Part shown: positions 11,573 through 23,945 of the stretch, in pieces | Layout of the letters: each line of letters begins with the position of its first letter | How positions within the stretch are numbered: the stretch's first letter is position 1 | From: Octopus bimaculoides | Taxonomy: Eukaryota | Direction of reading: 5' to 3' | DNA: 46,761 nt | Assembly (NCBI RefSeq): GCF_001194135.2 | Contig: NC_068985.1 | Span: 99,096,248 to 99,143,008 of the forward strand | Notes under the pieces: generated by a model | Databases searched by the model: none | Told to the model about the DNA's origin: nothing | Seen by the model: the letters and a program-made list of their open reading frames with translations, nothing else | Translations under genes and position numbers: made by a program

Positions 11573-11802
11573 ACACCGACCTATATAGTAACAGCAGAAC
11601 CGAGATGCTCGCTGCTGATTATCTACGACACGAACCCTCCCTTGCGTCTGTAAAGCAGCTCCCCATTTACAGATACTAAGAAGCAGAGAAGTCAGTTCAC
11701 AACACCTAATTTCCGAAGATTTCTCGAAGTTGAAATAAGTGTTGCTAAGCTATTTTTCAGCGCGGTAACCATTCTGTCAATTCACAAATTGGACACTACT
11801 CT

Positions 11803-11872
<70 letters not shown>

Positions 11873-11960
11873 CAACAGAAACACAAAGGCACATACTCAC
11901 ACACACATACACACACACACGCACACACACACAAATATATATGTGTGTGTGTGTGTGTGT

Positions 11961-12112
11961 CTGCGTAGGATGGGCTTCTTTCACTTTCTATCTTTAAAAT
12001 TTACTTACAAGACTTTGGTTGACCCGAGGCTATAGTCTTGGACACTTGTCCAAGTTTCTACGCAGTGAGATTGAACTCAGAATCATGTAGTTAAGGAAGG
12101 AAACGTCTTACC
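11961..12112 (-). mobile_element. CORE-type SINE family B, 5' part
   Basis: gacccgaggctatagtcttggacacttgtccaag...cgcagtgagattgaactcagaatcatg is the reverse complement of the 17001 copy. Confidence 0.7.
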
Positions 12113-12249
12113 TCATAGAACGCCTGCATGATTGTAGAAATCTGTAGTTCCTTGCCCCCTCCTACGCACACCTGAATTTATAATGTAAATAAAAAAAAAA
12201 TTTAATTTCTGCAAAAGCGTTTATACTCACTTGAAATTACACACACACA

Positions 12250-12288
<39 letters not shown>

Positions 12289-12335
12289 ACACACACACAT
12301 ATATATACATATCTGCATAAACAAATGTATATATA

Positions 12336-12371
<36 letters not shown>

Positions 12372-12799
12372 TCACATACATTGTACATTGGTTTACAAAA
12401 CAATTAAAGTAAAATTCCAAGAACCAGTTGTTTTATATTGGCTTATTTCACCTAGGGAATATGCTTGATATCTTGCCAAAATTTCTAGCAAGAATGAGGT
12501 GTGGTATCATAGATCAGAGATTATCAGATGAGATACAAACGGCGCTTCTTTAATTTAGAGTAAGAATAGAGTAAAATTACAGTTCATTATATTTATATAA
12601 TAAAACTTAGGTATTTTTGTCGCTAAATCCTCCCTTTCAATAGCTACAACAAACTTATTTGTCATGGAATCTAAAAAGACACGCCTCTGCTCTATATTTT
12701 GTCCAATGAACAACAGCTATGATAATATATCTGTATCGAATAGTGGTATCATTTGCTTACTCTGCAACTAATAAACATAATGAAAATAAGCTTTTTTGT

Positions 12800-13490
12800 C
12801 GCCAAAAAGCTAGCTCTTTTTGGCTGCGGGCCTTACTTAGTGATTTGCCGAATCAGTTCTTATGGGAATTATCTTCTGGGAATTCTTATGGGCCAACATA
12901 CTAATGCTAATGTTGCAATTCTTCTAAAGGCTATCTCCGATTGCTATTTGGCACTTCCTTATCTGGATCAAAAATTCGATTACTGCTCCAAGACTATGCC
13001 TGAATTCCGTGGATAATCCTCAACCAGAACACGAAATTGAAGTCGCCGACTCCAGATATTCAAAGAACAAATGAAGACAATAATTCTTCCAAACAGTGAC
13101 AATATTTCTTTCTGTGTGGATATCTAAGCTTTGAATCACCCGTTCATGCTACGTATGTTTCCCAACAAATCTCACATATGACAAATGTTCGCTATTTCTG
13201 TCTTACTAGAGTAAAGAACAAGAAAAATCTACTCAGTCAACTTTCACCATGCATTCCCCACTTTGAATGCTCAAAACTTTCACTATCTCTCACACACACA
13301 TAAATTTATTGTTGAAAATGCACCTGAATTTGAAAAACTTGTCTTTAAATTTATTTGCATATATACCAAACTAGTTTCAAAAACATTTCTTGCATATCAA
13401 TCTTAAAAACTTAAGATTGCGAAGTAGAAAAGCGTGTTTAAAAGATTCAATGATTACAAAATTCAATGATATCAAATATGATTTAAATGT
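12800..13490 (-). mobile_element. Possible very old LINE (L1/Tx1-like) endonuclease remnant
   Basis: Minus-strand VGDFNFV at 13030-13050 preceded by RYPHRKKYCHCLEELLSS; other motifs only vaguely recognisable. Confidence 0.25.
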
Positions 13491-14344
13491 TCACAACATT
13501 CAATAATATAAAAAATGGGGATCATCTTGTTTAAATGCACAAAATTTAATAGTGTTAGAAGTGACCGATAAGAAATGTGGATCCCTAAAGGTTCGGTCAT
13601 ACAGAGTTAAGAAGGAGAAATGAAGGTAGTAAGAGGGTTAAATGAAGATAGTAAAAAAAGAAGGTTTTGTTACAGTTTCTGTGATTCTTTTTTCGTCGTG
13701 TGCAGGGATTTACGCTTGTAACGCCGATTTTTGGAATCCAGTGTATTTATATTTTTTTTGTGAACGGATCTGCTTTTTGATTCGTTAAAGTACCGTTGAC
13801 GTCTTATTTTTCTGGTGGTTAAGTCTGTCGTTCTGCCTTGTTGACTTCCCTGTGAGGAACGGTCACCAACAGTTCCAGATGGTTGATTTTCTTTAATAGT
13901 CATTTTGTTATATTTACTGAAGTTCGGTTTTAATCGGAGATAAAATTTCATTGGTCTAGAAATGGGTGCGGTCAGCAACTGGTGTTTTTATGCTGTTATT
14001 GTATGGTAATTTGGAGTTGTGATGCGGAACCAGAGTGGGAGACTGTTACTAAAGTTTTTTGAATTATGTCTGTTGTATCTGGTTATTTCTTTTTGTGGAG
14101 AAACTGTTTTATTTCTTACTCTTTTTAGTTTTTATCTTCTTTCTAAAGGGTATTCAACTGTGGTTATATTTTTTAATGAGCATGCTTTTCTTATTCAAAC
14201 GGAATTGGGTTTAATTGTTTCTGGTGCATTGATAGAGAGGGAAGAATTGGTATTTCGGGCATTGGTCTAGGCGTTTGCTTACGGAAACTTTCTTGGTCGT
14301 GGGGTTTCGGATTTGTTACCTGTGTACCGTGAGTCTGCCCCAAC

Positions 14345-14790
14345 TAATTTGACCTATGTAGTCTCCCGAATAAAACTAGCAAGGCTTCCTTTCTGGTTTC
14401 ATTCGATATAATAAACCTCTACACCTCGTTTCCTCACGGATACGGAATAATAGCCTTATAATTCTGTCTGGAAAAATTCCCAAATGATATTCCTAACCGA
14501 ACCGGAAAAGAATTCACCGTTGAAGAAATATAATTCATCCTACAGAACAACTTCTTCAACTTCAGCGAGAACACTTATAGACAGATATTTAGGTCATGGC
14601 GATGGGAACGAGGGTAGCCCCTACTTTTACTAACCTTGTCATGGCATACTTGGAAGTTCAAATATACGAGCACGCTAGACTGACATTTGGAGACAATTTC
14701 CAAACATATTTGATCAGCAATTGGGAACGCTACCTGGATTATTATTTCATTCTGTGGTCACATAACCTTGAGCAACTCCCAGAATTTAAA
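14345..14790 (+). mobile_element. Penelope-like element reverse transcriptase fossil
   Basis: LVSFDIINLYTSFPHGYG, FILQNNFFNFSENTYRQ, a frameshift, then MAMGTRVAPTFTNLVMAYLE...NWERYLDYYFILW. These match PLE RT motifs SFDVxNLYT, GxAMG and RYxDD, with the second Asp lost; two in-frame stops. Confidence 0.85.
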
Positions 14791-14821
14791 AAAAAAAAAA
14801 CTTATCCAGTTGAAAACGTAT

Positions 14822-14911
14822 CTTAGAATTTAAACTCAGAACGTAGCGACCGGCGAAATACCGCTAAGCATATCGCCCGGTGAGGTAACAGTGGTACCAG
14901 CTCGCCACCTT
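14822..14911 (-). mobile_element. SINE family A head fragment
   Basis: gaatttaaactcagaacgtagcgaccggcgaaataccgctaagc...ccagctcgccacctt. Confidence 0.8.
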
Positions 14912-15369
14912 ACTCAAAGGACATATAATAAGACCAATAACAAATCTGAAGTGAAGAACAAATATATAGTGCGTGTGTTCATTGGGCAAAAAGATAAATG
15001 ACCGTCACGAAATGTTACAATATCTGTTTCCCCACACGATATCACGTAAGGAACGTTTATATGTTTTGGTGTCATTCACTGCTGTCTCCTTTAGAATATT
15101 TTATATATCTACAAGACAATCACCCAATATCTTACTTACTATTCTACATCTTACCGCAACGAATGCTACAAATTCAAACACTAGTTGGAACAATGTAAAT
15201 ATGCAAGACATTTTGATAATTTAACATGAAAGTCTTTACTGTTCTTGTTATCTGAATTCTATCGAGTAGTGTTGTCTCTCGGCTAGAAACCAACCAGAGG
15301 TTTATAGGAAAAATCCTAAACTTACAAAAGAAAGATAACGCATATACATACATGAACGCACAGGCATAT

Positions 15370-15466
15370 GTCTCTGTGTGTGTATAAGTGTGTATACATA
15401 CATATATACATACAACTATACATACATATATATATATACGTGTACATATATATATATATGTATATG

Positions 15467-15544
<78 letters not shown>

Positions 15545-15983
15545 NNNNNNNNNNNNNNNNNNNNNNNNNNNNNNNNNNNNNNNNNNNNNNNNNNNNNNNN
15601 NNNNNNNNNNNNNNNNNNNNNNNNNNNNNNNNNNNNNNNNNNNNNNNNNNNNNNNNNNNNNNNNNNNNNNNNNNNNNNNNNNNNNNNNNNNNNNNNNNNN
15701 NNNNNNNNNNNNNNNNNNNNNNNNNNNNNNNNNNNNNNNNNNNNNNNNNNNNNNNNNNNNNNNNNNNNNNNNNNNNNNNNNNNNNNNNNNNNNNNNNNNN
15801 NNNNNNNNNNNNNNNNNNNNNNNNNNNNNNNNNNNNNNNNNNNNNNNNNNNNNNNNNNNNNNNNNNNNNNNNNNNNNNNNNNNNNNNNNNNNNNNNNNNN
15901 NNNNNNNNNNNNNNNNNNNNNNNNNNNNNNNNNNNNNNNNNNNNNNNNNNNNNNNNNNNNNNNNNNNNNNNNNNNNNNNNNNN

Positions 15984-16027
<44 letters not shown>
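15370..16027. repeat. (TA)n/(TACA)n microsatellite spanning gap 15545-15983
   Basis: Direct reading. Confidence 0.95.
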
Positions 16028-16028
<1 letters not shown>

Positions 16029-16279
16029 TATTATATTTGATATAGAAATATAAAACAGATATAATCTTTTTGGTGTATTCACAAATGGTTTGTATACATA
16101 GAAGTGAAAAAAATGAAAATAAATCACACCGAAGCACAAAGAAAATATCGAAATCTATAGAAAAACAGAGAATCGTTTGGAAATTCTGTTGTATAGGCGA
16201 ACGCCTTCAGCTGCAATATTGCCAAAGAATCGAGGCAGATATTTATTAAATAAACCTATGCCAAGTCTGATATAAATCA

Positions 16280-16610
16280 GAAAAATAAAAGATCTAGATA
16301 CAAATAAGGTATTTAAATATCTAAGGAGCAAAAACAACATATCAACATGTAATAAAAGTGTCAGCAGAGGTTTAGAATAAGACACAAATGGTACAGAAAA
16401 TAACTCCTCAACGCCAAAATAAAGCGGAAGGAATGGTCGCTATAGATGGCCTACGATGACATCCAGATATAAAGTATTAGATGAGATTTGGAATGATATT
16501 TGTAGACGTGAATACACCAGTCAATGCTAATAAATACTCTATGTACATAAAGTGGAAAGAGAAGAAAGTGGTTTTAAGCGTTTGAAAACCTTACTTAAGA
16601 CGTTTACCAT
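16280..16610 (+). mobile_element. Old R4-clade (RLE non-LTR) RT-thumb remnant
   Basis: Broken frames give DLDTNKVFKYL, LNAK-K and TPVNANKYSMYIKWKE, resembling the R4 motifs YKYLG, LNxKNK and HPKADxxRLYxxRKEGGRG in the expected order. Confidence 0.4.
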
Positions 16611-17000
16611 GACATTCATCTTCAAGGGAATGGAAACAAATCGTTAAAAGAAATGAAAACGTCGTAAGTCGTTATGTATAAGTAAATCTCAAACATCTTA
16701 TAGAAAATATACAAAACATTAATACATATATATACACACACATACATACACACACGCGAGACGACAAAATCTATTTACATATTCCGTTGAATATGCTAGT
16801 AAGTTTGGTTTGGCAACATTAAGACCCGGCGGAGGAGAATTAATATTACATGATGATAGAGTCTACTTGTTCAATTCTGTGTTGGCCCCCGAAGGGACTG
16901 AAACACAGACATGACTGTGTAGTTCAAAAGTAAGCAACGTTTTGAACCATGAAGAATTTGTACCGGATTTCTGCAGAGTTTTGAAATTTTTTAAACATAT

Positions 17001-17166
17001 AGGCGCAGGAGTGGCTGTGTGGTAAGTAGCTTGCTTACCAACCACATGGTTCCGGGTTCAGTCCCACTGCGTGGCACCTTGGACAAGTGTCTTCTACGAA
17101 AGCCTCAGGCCGACCAAAGTATTGTGAGTGGATTTGGTAGACGAAAACTGAAAAAAACCCGTCGTA
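17001..17166 (+). mobile_element. CORE-type tRNA-derived SINE (family B), 5' part, runs into (TA)n and gap
   Basis: aggcgcaggagtggctgtgtggtaag head, gggttcagtccc B-box-like, CORE-like ggcaccttggacaagtgtcttctac. Confidence 0.85.
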
Positions 17167-17961
17167 TGTATGTATATGTATATATATNNNNNNNNNNNNN
17201 NNNNNNNNNNNNNNNNNNNNNNNNNNNNNNNNNNNNNNNNNNNNNNNNNNNNNNNNNNNNNNNNNNNNNNNNNNNNNNNNNNNNNNNNNNNNNNNNNNNN
17301 NNNNNNNNNNNNNNNNNNNNNNNNNNNNNNNNNNNNNNNNNNNNNNNNNNNNNNNNNNNNNNNNNNNNNNNNNNNNNNNNNNNNNNNNNNNNNNNNNNNN
17401 NNNNNNNNNNNNNNNNNNNNNNNNNNNNNNNNNNNNNNNNNNNNNNNNNNNNNNNNNNNNNNNNNNNNNNNNNNNNNNNNNNNNNNNNNNNNNNNNNNNN
17501 NNNNNNNNNNNNNNNNNNNNNNNNNNNNNNNNNNNNNNNNNNNNNNNNNNNNNNNNNNNNNNNNNNNNNNNNNNNNNNNNNNNNNNNNNNNNNNNNNNNN
17601 NNNNNNNNNNNNNNNNNNNNNNNNNNNNNNNNNNNNNNNNNNNNNNNNNNNNNNNNNNNNNNNNNNNNNNNNNNNNNNNNNNNNNNNNNNNNNNNNNNNN
17701 NNNNNNNNNNNNNNNNNNNNNNNNNNNNNNNNNNNNNNNNNNNNNNNNNNNNNNNNNNNNNNNNNNNNNNNNNNNNNNNNNNNNNNNNNNNNNNNNNNNN
17801 NNNNNNNNNNNNNNNNNNNNNNNNNNNNNNNNNNNNNNNNNNNNNNNNNNNNNNNNNNNNNNNNNNNNNNNNNNNNNNNNNNNNNNNNNNNNNNNNNNNN
17901 NNNNNNNNNNNNNNNNNNNNNNNNNNNNNNNNNNNNNNNNNNNNNNNNNNNNNNNNNNNNN

Positions 17962-18650
17962 GAATCAATTATAGACCGTCATTGAGAAAGATCCACGTAA
18001 AACCACTCGCGAACTGACAAAAAAAAAGTTAGAAAATTGCCTGCAACCATGTTCGTGCGATCGAAAAATCAAAAAAAAAAAAAGAAAAGAAAAAAGCTCG
18101 ACAACTACACGATTTGATTGAAAATCAGAAAATGCGCAGATGTGAAATTTTCTCGTCGCTTCTCTGTTAGCAGACCGATCCATTTCTCGACCGTATTGTA
18201 ACTTGCAATGAAAAGTGGATTCTGTACAATACTAAAAACGTTCATCGTAGTAGTTGGACCAAAAATAAAGTACCGAAAATCTTCCCTAAACCTAAGCTCT
18301 TCGAAAAGAAGGTTATGGTGATTGTTTGGTGATGTAATGCTGGACTCATCCACTATAGCTTCTTAAACCCGTAAAAAACCATTACTGCAGAAACATATTG
18401 CCATGATATTGCCAAAATGCACGTAAAACTGCTTCTCCTCCGTTCGAGGTTGGTCATCAGAAGATGGCCAATCATTCTTCGTGACAATGCTCGACCACAC
18501 GTTTCACTATTGACGTTCCAGAAGTTAAGGAAATTGACTACGAAGTTCTTTTCAGCCCAGCTTATTCTCCATACCTTTTCTCCTACCGACTGCCACTTTT
18601 TCCAGCACTTTGATGGCTTCCTGCGAGAGAAGGAGTTCAACGATCAAACC
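17962..18650 (+). mobile_element. mariner (DD34D-type) transposase fossil
   Basis: VIEKDPRKTTREL, DPFLDRIVTCNEKWILYN, KKVMVIVW, IILRDNARPHV, AYSPYLSPTDCHFFQHFDGFL; several stops and frameshifts; left end lost in gap. Confidence 0.92.
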
Positions 18651-19338
18651 AATGAACTAGGTACGATACAATACATGAAAGAGAAGAATATTATAGACGA
18701 GTAAGATTGATACTGGAAACAGAGTTCAATTCGAAAAATAATAGGTATCAAAACTCTACAAGTTAATAGGTATCAACACTCTAGCCGTCCCAGTTATAAA
18801 TTACAGCTACAATATTCTTAACTGGGCTCTAATTGAACTGATCAAAGTAGGCAAGAAAAGAAGAAAAATACTTGCAGGATTTAGGATGCACCACCCAAAA
18901 TCTGACATAGAAAGGTCATATATACAACTTATCGAAGGTGGTAGAGGCCTTATACAACTAGAAAACTGTTACAAAATATCAACAATAAGATTACAAACAT
19001 ACCTACTTCATAAGCAAGAAAAACTAATACAAATAACCACAAGACACGAACAAAACAAAACGTCTGTTTTCTGTCTTTAAGGAAGGTGACAAATACAAAA
19101 AAGTCATAGTACCTTATAAATATGAAGAAAAGGAAGAAACAACAGGAGCTGTAAAACAGCTGAAATCCAAACGAAAACTAGAACAGCAACGGATCATGAA
19201 AAAACGATTCCAAGAAAAGCCCCTTCATGGCAAATACTTGATTAAGCTAAACAGAAGAGAAATAGTAAAAGCAAAATCCCAATAATGGCTGAGAATCTCA
19301 GGTTTAAAAACAGAGACTGAAGGATTTTTAATTGCAGG
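18651..19338 (+). mobile_element. R4/Dong-like non-LTR retrotransposon internal fragment
   Basis: EYYRRVRLILETEFNSKN, INTLAVPVINYSYNILNW, MHHPKSDIERSYIQLIEGGRGLIQLE, PLHGKY, WLRISGLKTETEGFLIAG. Confidence 0.88.
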
Positions 19339-19423
19339 ATATGTGTATGTATATGTACGAGTGAGTGGACGAACGAAAGAACGGCTCTCAACACATTTAT
19401 TGGGAGTTTCATTGATTTGTCTC

Positions 19424-19475
<52 letters not shown>

Positions 19476-19519
19476 TGTGTGCGTGCGTGTGTATGTGTGT
19501 TTGTGTGTGTGTGAGTCTT

Positions 19520-19732
19520 TGTGTCTGCGTTTGTCTTCCCTTCATCGCTCGGCAACCGGTCCTGGAGTGTTTACTTCCTCGCAACACAGCTCTTCGCAAA
19601 AAGAGACTGAAAGAACGATAGAATAAGTACTAGGCTTAGGAAATAAGTCCTGGGTTCGATCAGTTCGACTAATACCCATCAAGGCCATGCTCCAGCATGG
19701 CCGCAGTCATAATGACTGAAACAAGTAAAGGA
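19520..19732 (+). mobile_element. SINE family B-like 3' half after (CA)n/(TG)n
   Basis: gatagaataagtactaggctta...ctccagcatggccgcagtcataatgactgaaacaagtaaa matches the tails at about 29900 and 38950. Confidence 0.7.
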
Positions 19733-20074
19733 ACAAAAGAATACGTACAAAATAAAGAACTGATGGAAGCGGAAATCCTGTAAAATTCTCTTGTAATGCC
19801 ATGTCTACATCGAGAAGCTGGTTAACTGTTGGAATGACGCATTAATCACAAACGAAATAACTAAATAAGCTAAAAATCAGTTAAACTCACTTAAATTTCA
19901 ATTATTTTATTCCCCTTAATGTTATTAGAAGAGGCATTAACTGTCATAATTCCATTTTCATTTCGGATTATTTTGGAAATATGATGACGACTATTCTGTT
20001 CATACTTTTCTTTCCTTCTGCACCTAGCGCCATATTCCTCACGCCACCGCTAGAACCACCGTTTACAATCCATC

Positions 20075-20249
20075 CATCCTCTTCCTCCTCTTCCTCCTCA
20101 TCATCATTGCTGTAATCATCAGAAGTAGCAGCAGCATCCTTGCAATACCACCACCACCACCACCACCACCACCACCAATAGCACCACCATCATCATCATC
20201 ATCATCATCATTATCATCATCACCATCACCATCACCATCTTCATCATCA
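20075..20249. repeat. (CCT)/(CAT)/(CAC)n trinucleotide array before gap 20250-20794
   Basis: Direct reading. Confidence 0.9.
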
Positions 20250-21699
20250 NNNNNNNNNNNNNNNNNNNNNNNNNNNNNNNNNNNNNNNNNNNNNNNNNNN
20301 NNNNNNNNNNNNNNNNNNNNNNNNNNNNNNNNNNNNNNNNNNNNNNNNNNNNNNNNNNNNNNNNNNNNNNNNNNNNNNNNNNNNNNNNNNNNNNNNNNNN
20401 NNNNNNNNNNNNNNNNNNNNNNNNNNNNNNNNNNNNNNNNNNNNNNNNNNNNNNNNNNNNNNNNNNNNNNNNNNNNNNNNNNNNNNNNNNNNNNNNNNNN
20501 NNNNNNNNNNNNNNNNNNNNNNNNNNNNNNNNNNNNNNNNNNNNNNNNNNNNNNNNNNNNNNNNNNNNNNNNNNNNNNNNNNNNNNNNNNNNNNNNNNNN
20601 NNNNNNNNNNNNNNNNNNNNNNNNNNNNNNNNNNNNNNNNNNNNNNNNNNNNNNNNNNNNNNNNNNNNNNNNNNNNNNNNNNNNNNNNNNNNNNNNNNNN
20701 NNNNNNNNNNNNNNNNNNNNNNNNNNNNNNNNNNNNNNNNNNNNNNNNNNNNNNNNNNNNNNNNNNNNNNNNNNNNNNNNNNNNNNNNNNNNNNATATAT
20801 ATATATATACATATATGAAAAATAGAAAAATAAAAACAAATAAAAATATAATTCAAAGAATTGGCTTTGATCCATGAAATTCTGCCGAAATGAGACTTTT
20901 TATTACAAACTGTTCGTAGAGACTTCTCCTACATTTCTACCGTTAGATATTCCCAGGAGTTCGCATGATATTCTTCCAAACACGTATAAAGCGACATAAA
21001 TACGACAGAACACAAGTTTTGTGGCTTTTAGCTTTTCGTTATTGGTGCCTGTACGCCTTGAAATAAATGGTAAGTTCAAATTATGCAAACAGATTGGGAT
21101 ATGAAATGGAGATATGGCTATACGAAGAAGTAAATGAAGATAGAAGCATTCGAAAATTAGAATAATATCTATAGCGATCTTATTCCTGTGGAGCCAGAAT
21201 CTCTATCAAGCTGGACTGGAAGTTGTCTGTTTATTGTCTTTTGACTCGCCACTTTGGAAAGTTTGACTTTTTAGGAGAGAACTCTAACTCTGATTAATAA
21301 TTGAAACAGATGGAATAAAAGATTTACAACAATTTCTTTCACATATAAGCGCAAACGCCATAGAGTCTCACAGGCATATATACGTTCTCAGAAATACTCG
21401 CTGCTTAGTCAAATATGTATGAACGGTATAAATATGTATGTATCGAATATACGAATGTATGTGTGAATATATCTATCTACCTCATCTGTCTATACATCTA
21501 TCTATTAATTCATTTAAGTGTCAGAGTATCATATCTGTAGGCGCATGTGTGTCTATGTGTGTGTATTTATGTGTGTGCATGAGTGTTTGCATGTGTGCAT
21601 ACGTGTGTTTGTGTCTGAAAGCACAGAACCAAACATTTAGCAATTTATCGCATTAAATTCACTAACAAGCTAGGAATTCTTATCAAACACACACAAACG

Positions 21700-21770
<71 letters not shown>

Positions 21771-21795
21771 ATGTATATAATATATAGTTATATAT

Positions 21796-21958
21796 GATAG
21801 ATCGCTAACCACTACACATATTTTTCTCTCCTTGTTTCTTTCTGTGTTCCTTTCTGTGGAAGAGCATAGGCTCGAAACCTTAAAGACTTTTTCACTTCAA
21901 GAGCGTTATGCTCATACATCTGATTGATTTCTACACCACCTATCTTCGTCTGTTGTAA
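21796..21958 (+). mobile_element. pLTR-like repeat carrying a degenerate hammerhead motif
   Basis: Contains the motif at 21850-21885; downstream agagcgtt...ccacctatcttcgtctgttg resembles agagcgtc...ccacattctcgcgttgtt downstream of the first hammerhead. Confidence 0.55.
21850..21885 (+). ncRNA. Degenerate minimal type I hammerhead motif
   Basis: CUUU-CUGUGGA-A-GAGC-AUAG-GCUC-GAAA-CC-UU/AAAG. Perfect stems I (4 bp) and II (4 bp); core position 6 is U instead of A; stem III is not palindromic. Confidence 0.6.
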
Positions 21959-22077
21959 CCGAAAGGAGGAAAGGCAAAGTCGACCTCGGTGGAATTTGAA
22001 CTCAGAAGCTAAAGGCAGAAGAAATACCGCTAAGCATTTCGCCCGGCGTGCTAACGTTTCAACCAGTTCACCGCCTT
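21959..22077 (-). mobile_element. SINE family A head and core
   Basis: ccgaaaggaggaaaggcaaagtcgacctcggtggaatttgaactcagaag...ccagttcaccgcctt. Confidence 0.88.
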
Positions 22078-22123
22078 CCACTACCTTATAATAATGCAAT
22101 AAAAATTGGGGGAATAAATTTGC

Positions 22124-22161
<38 letters not shown>

Positions 22162-23260
22162 GAAATTTCATTAAATGTGATGTGTTACTCATTTCCCCAG
22201 GAATGGAAGTTGATGAAAAACAGGAATGAAATTTGTATCGTCTGTAAAACTTGTGCTACCGACCTTTTGCTATTCTAAATATGTAAATATATATATATAT
22301 GTGGGGGGGGGATATTTGTGTGAGTGTGTGTATATGCACACACACACACACACACACACATACACACACATACACACACACACACACACATACGCACACA
22401 TAACGGGTCTCTACGTTCTCGTCTACGAAGTCCACTCACTTTAGGTCTGATCGATTTATTAACGCACAATTGTCACGAGATACACAATACTATCATTGTT
22501 AGTTTGAACATCGTTTCCTCGTCAGATGGGAAAATTCGACCAATCAACCGCCACCATTCGGCTGTAATATTGCTGTATTCACTCCCCCCCCCCAAAAAAA
22601 AACAATGAATAGCAATGTCGATCCCGATCTGACGTGAACTTCGCACACAGAGAGCATGGAAATCTGTCTGAAACTCTAATTCCTGTGAACTTTTCAGCTT
22701 GATAATGAATTAGAAACAAAATTAGGCCATCTGGACCTCTATTATTCACTTCGTTACTCTCTCCCACTTCTTGCAAAATGAAAAAAATAAATAAAAAATC
22801 AGAAGAAAGGAGGGTATAATTTGGTGAGAGTTATGTCCACGTTTGCCAACGACAGTCAGCGATTTCAGCGATATTGCTGAGTTGTAAAGATGGCGTGTGT
22901 CGTTGAAGTAGATAAAATCACAGTCATTCATATCTTAATCAATATCATCAAATAGTCTGTGTGTTATTCTCCCCGTGTGACCCCCCACCTCTCCAACTTA
23001 TTCCCACCTTCTCCGACTTTGAATCTAACCAAATACTCGTCTCTTCGTCTATATGTTCAACTATTCAACTTTATACAGCATATGTTAGACTTCATAATGT
23101 GTCTCTATTCTTTACATCTGTATGCACTTGAAGCTAAAGATTAATTTACCCAGTATGGTAGAAATTGATGTTGAGCAACTCATTGGCCACTTGAATTGCT
23201 TGAAGTTATGTCAATAGCTCGCACTCATTATGCATCATTAGTCCCCCCCCTCTCTCTCTC

Positions 23261-23317
<57 letters not shown>

Positions 23318-23323
23318 GTCTGT

Positions 23324-23415
23324 CTATTAAACTACCCATCTATCTATCTACCTATCTATTAAATTACCCATCTATCTATCTACCTATCTATTAAACTACC
23401 CGTCTATCTATCTAT
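23324..23415. repeat. 32-bp minisatellite, about 2.8 units
   Basis: Unit ctattaaactacccatctatctatctacctat starts at 23324, 23356 and 23388. Confidence 0.9.
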
Positions 23416-23757
23416 CTATCTATCTATCTATATGTCGATCGATCAATAGATCGCCTGTTCTGTCATCGATCAATCTTGTTATCACTTAGTTAGAGTGCCA
23501 GTTATAATGTATTAATTATATATACGAATTTATATGTATTAGGCGGCAAATATGCAGAAATTTTAGAGCATAAGACAATATACATTGTGATGTTTGCTCC
23601 AGCGATGACCGCTTCCATTTCTGATCTCGTTGATATCAACTTTACTTTTCTCCCCTCCGGTGTTTCATAATAAAGTAGATAAAGTCATATTTCATACGGC
23701 ACTATGAAATGGACGGCGCCTAATATGAGTGGATGACGCCTAATATCAATATCCTTT

Positions 23758-23945
23758 GTACACTAAGCACAAGGCCTGAAATATGTGGGGATGGAGATAG
23801 TCAATCACATCGACACTAGCACTTGAGTGGTACTTAATTTATCGACCCCGAAATGATGTAAGTCGAACTTAGAACGTAGCGACGGGCGAAATACCGCTAA
23901 ACATTTCGTCCAGCGTGATAACAGTTCTGCCGGCTTTCCGCTTTA
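23758..23945 (-). mobile_element. SINE family A with internal deletion
   Basis: cacaaggcctgaaat...ggtacttaatttatcgaccccgaaatgatg...aaataccgctaaacatttcgtccagcgtg. Confidence 0.85.
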
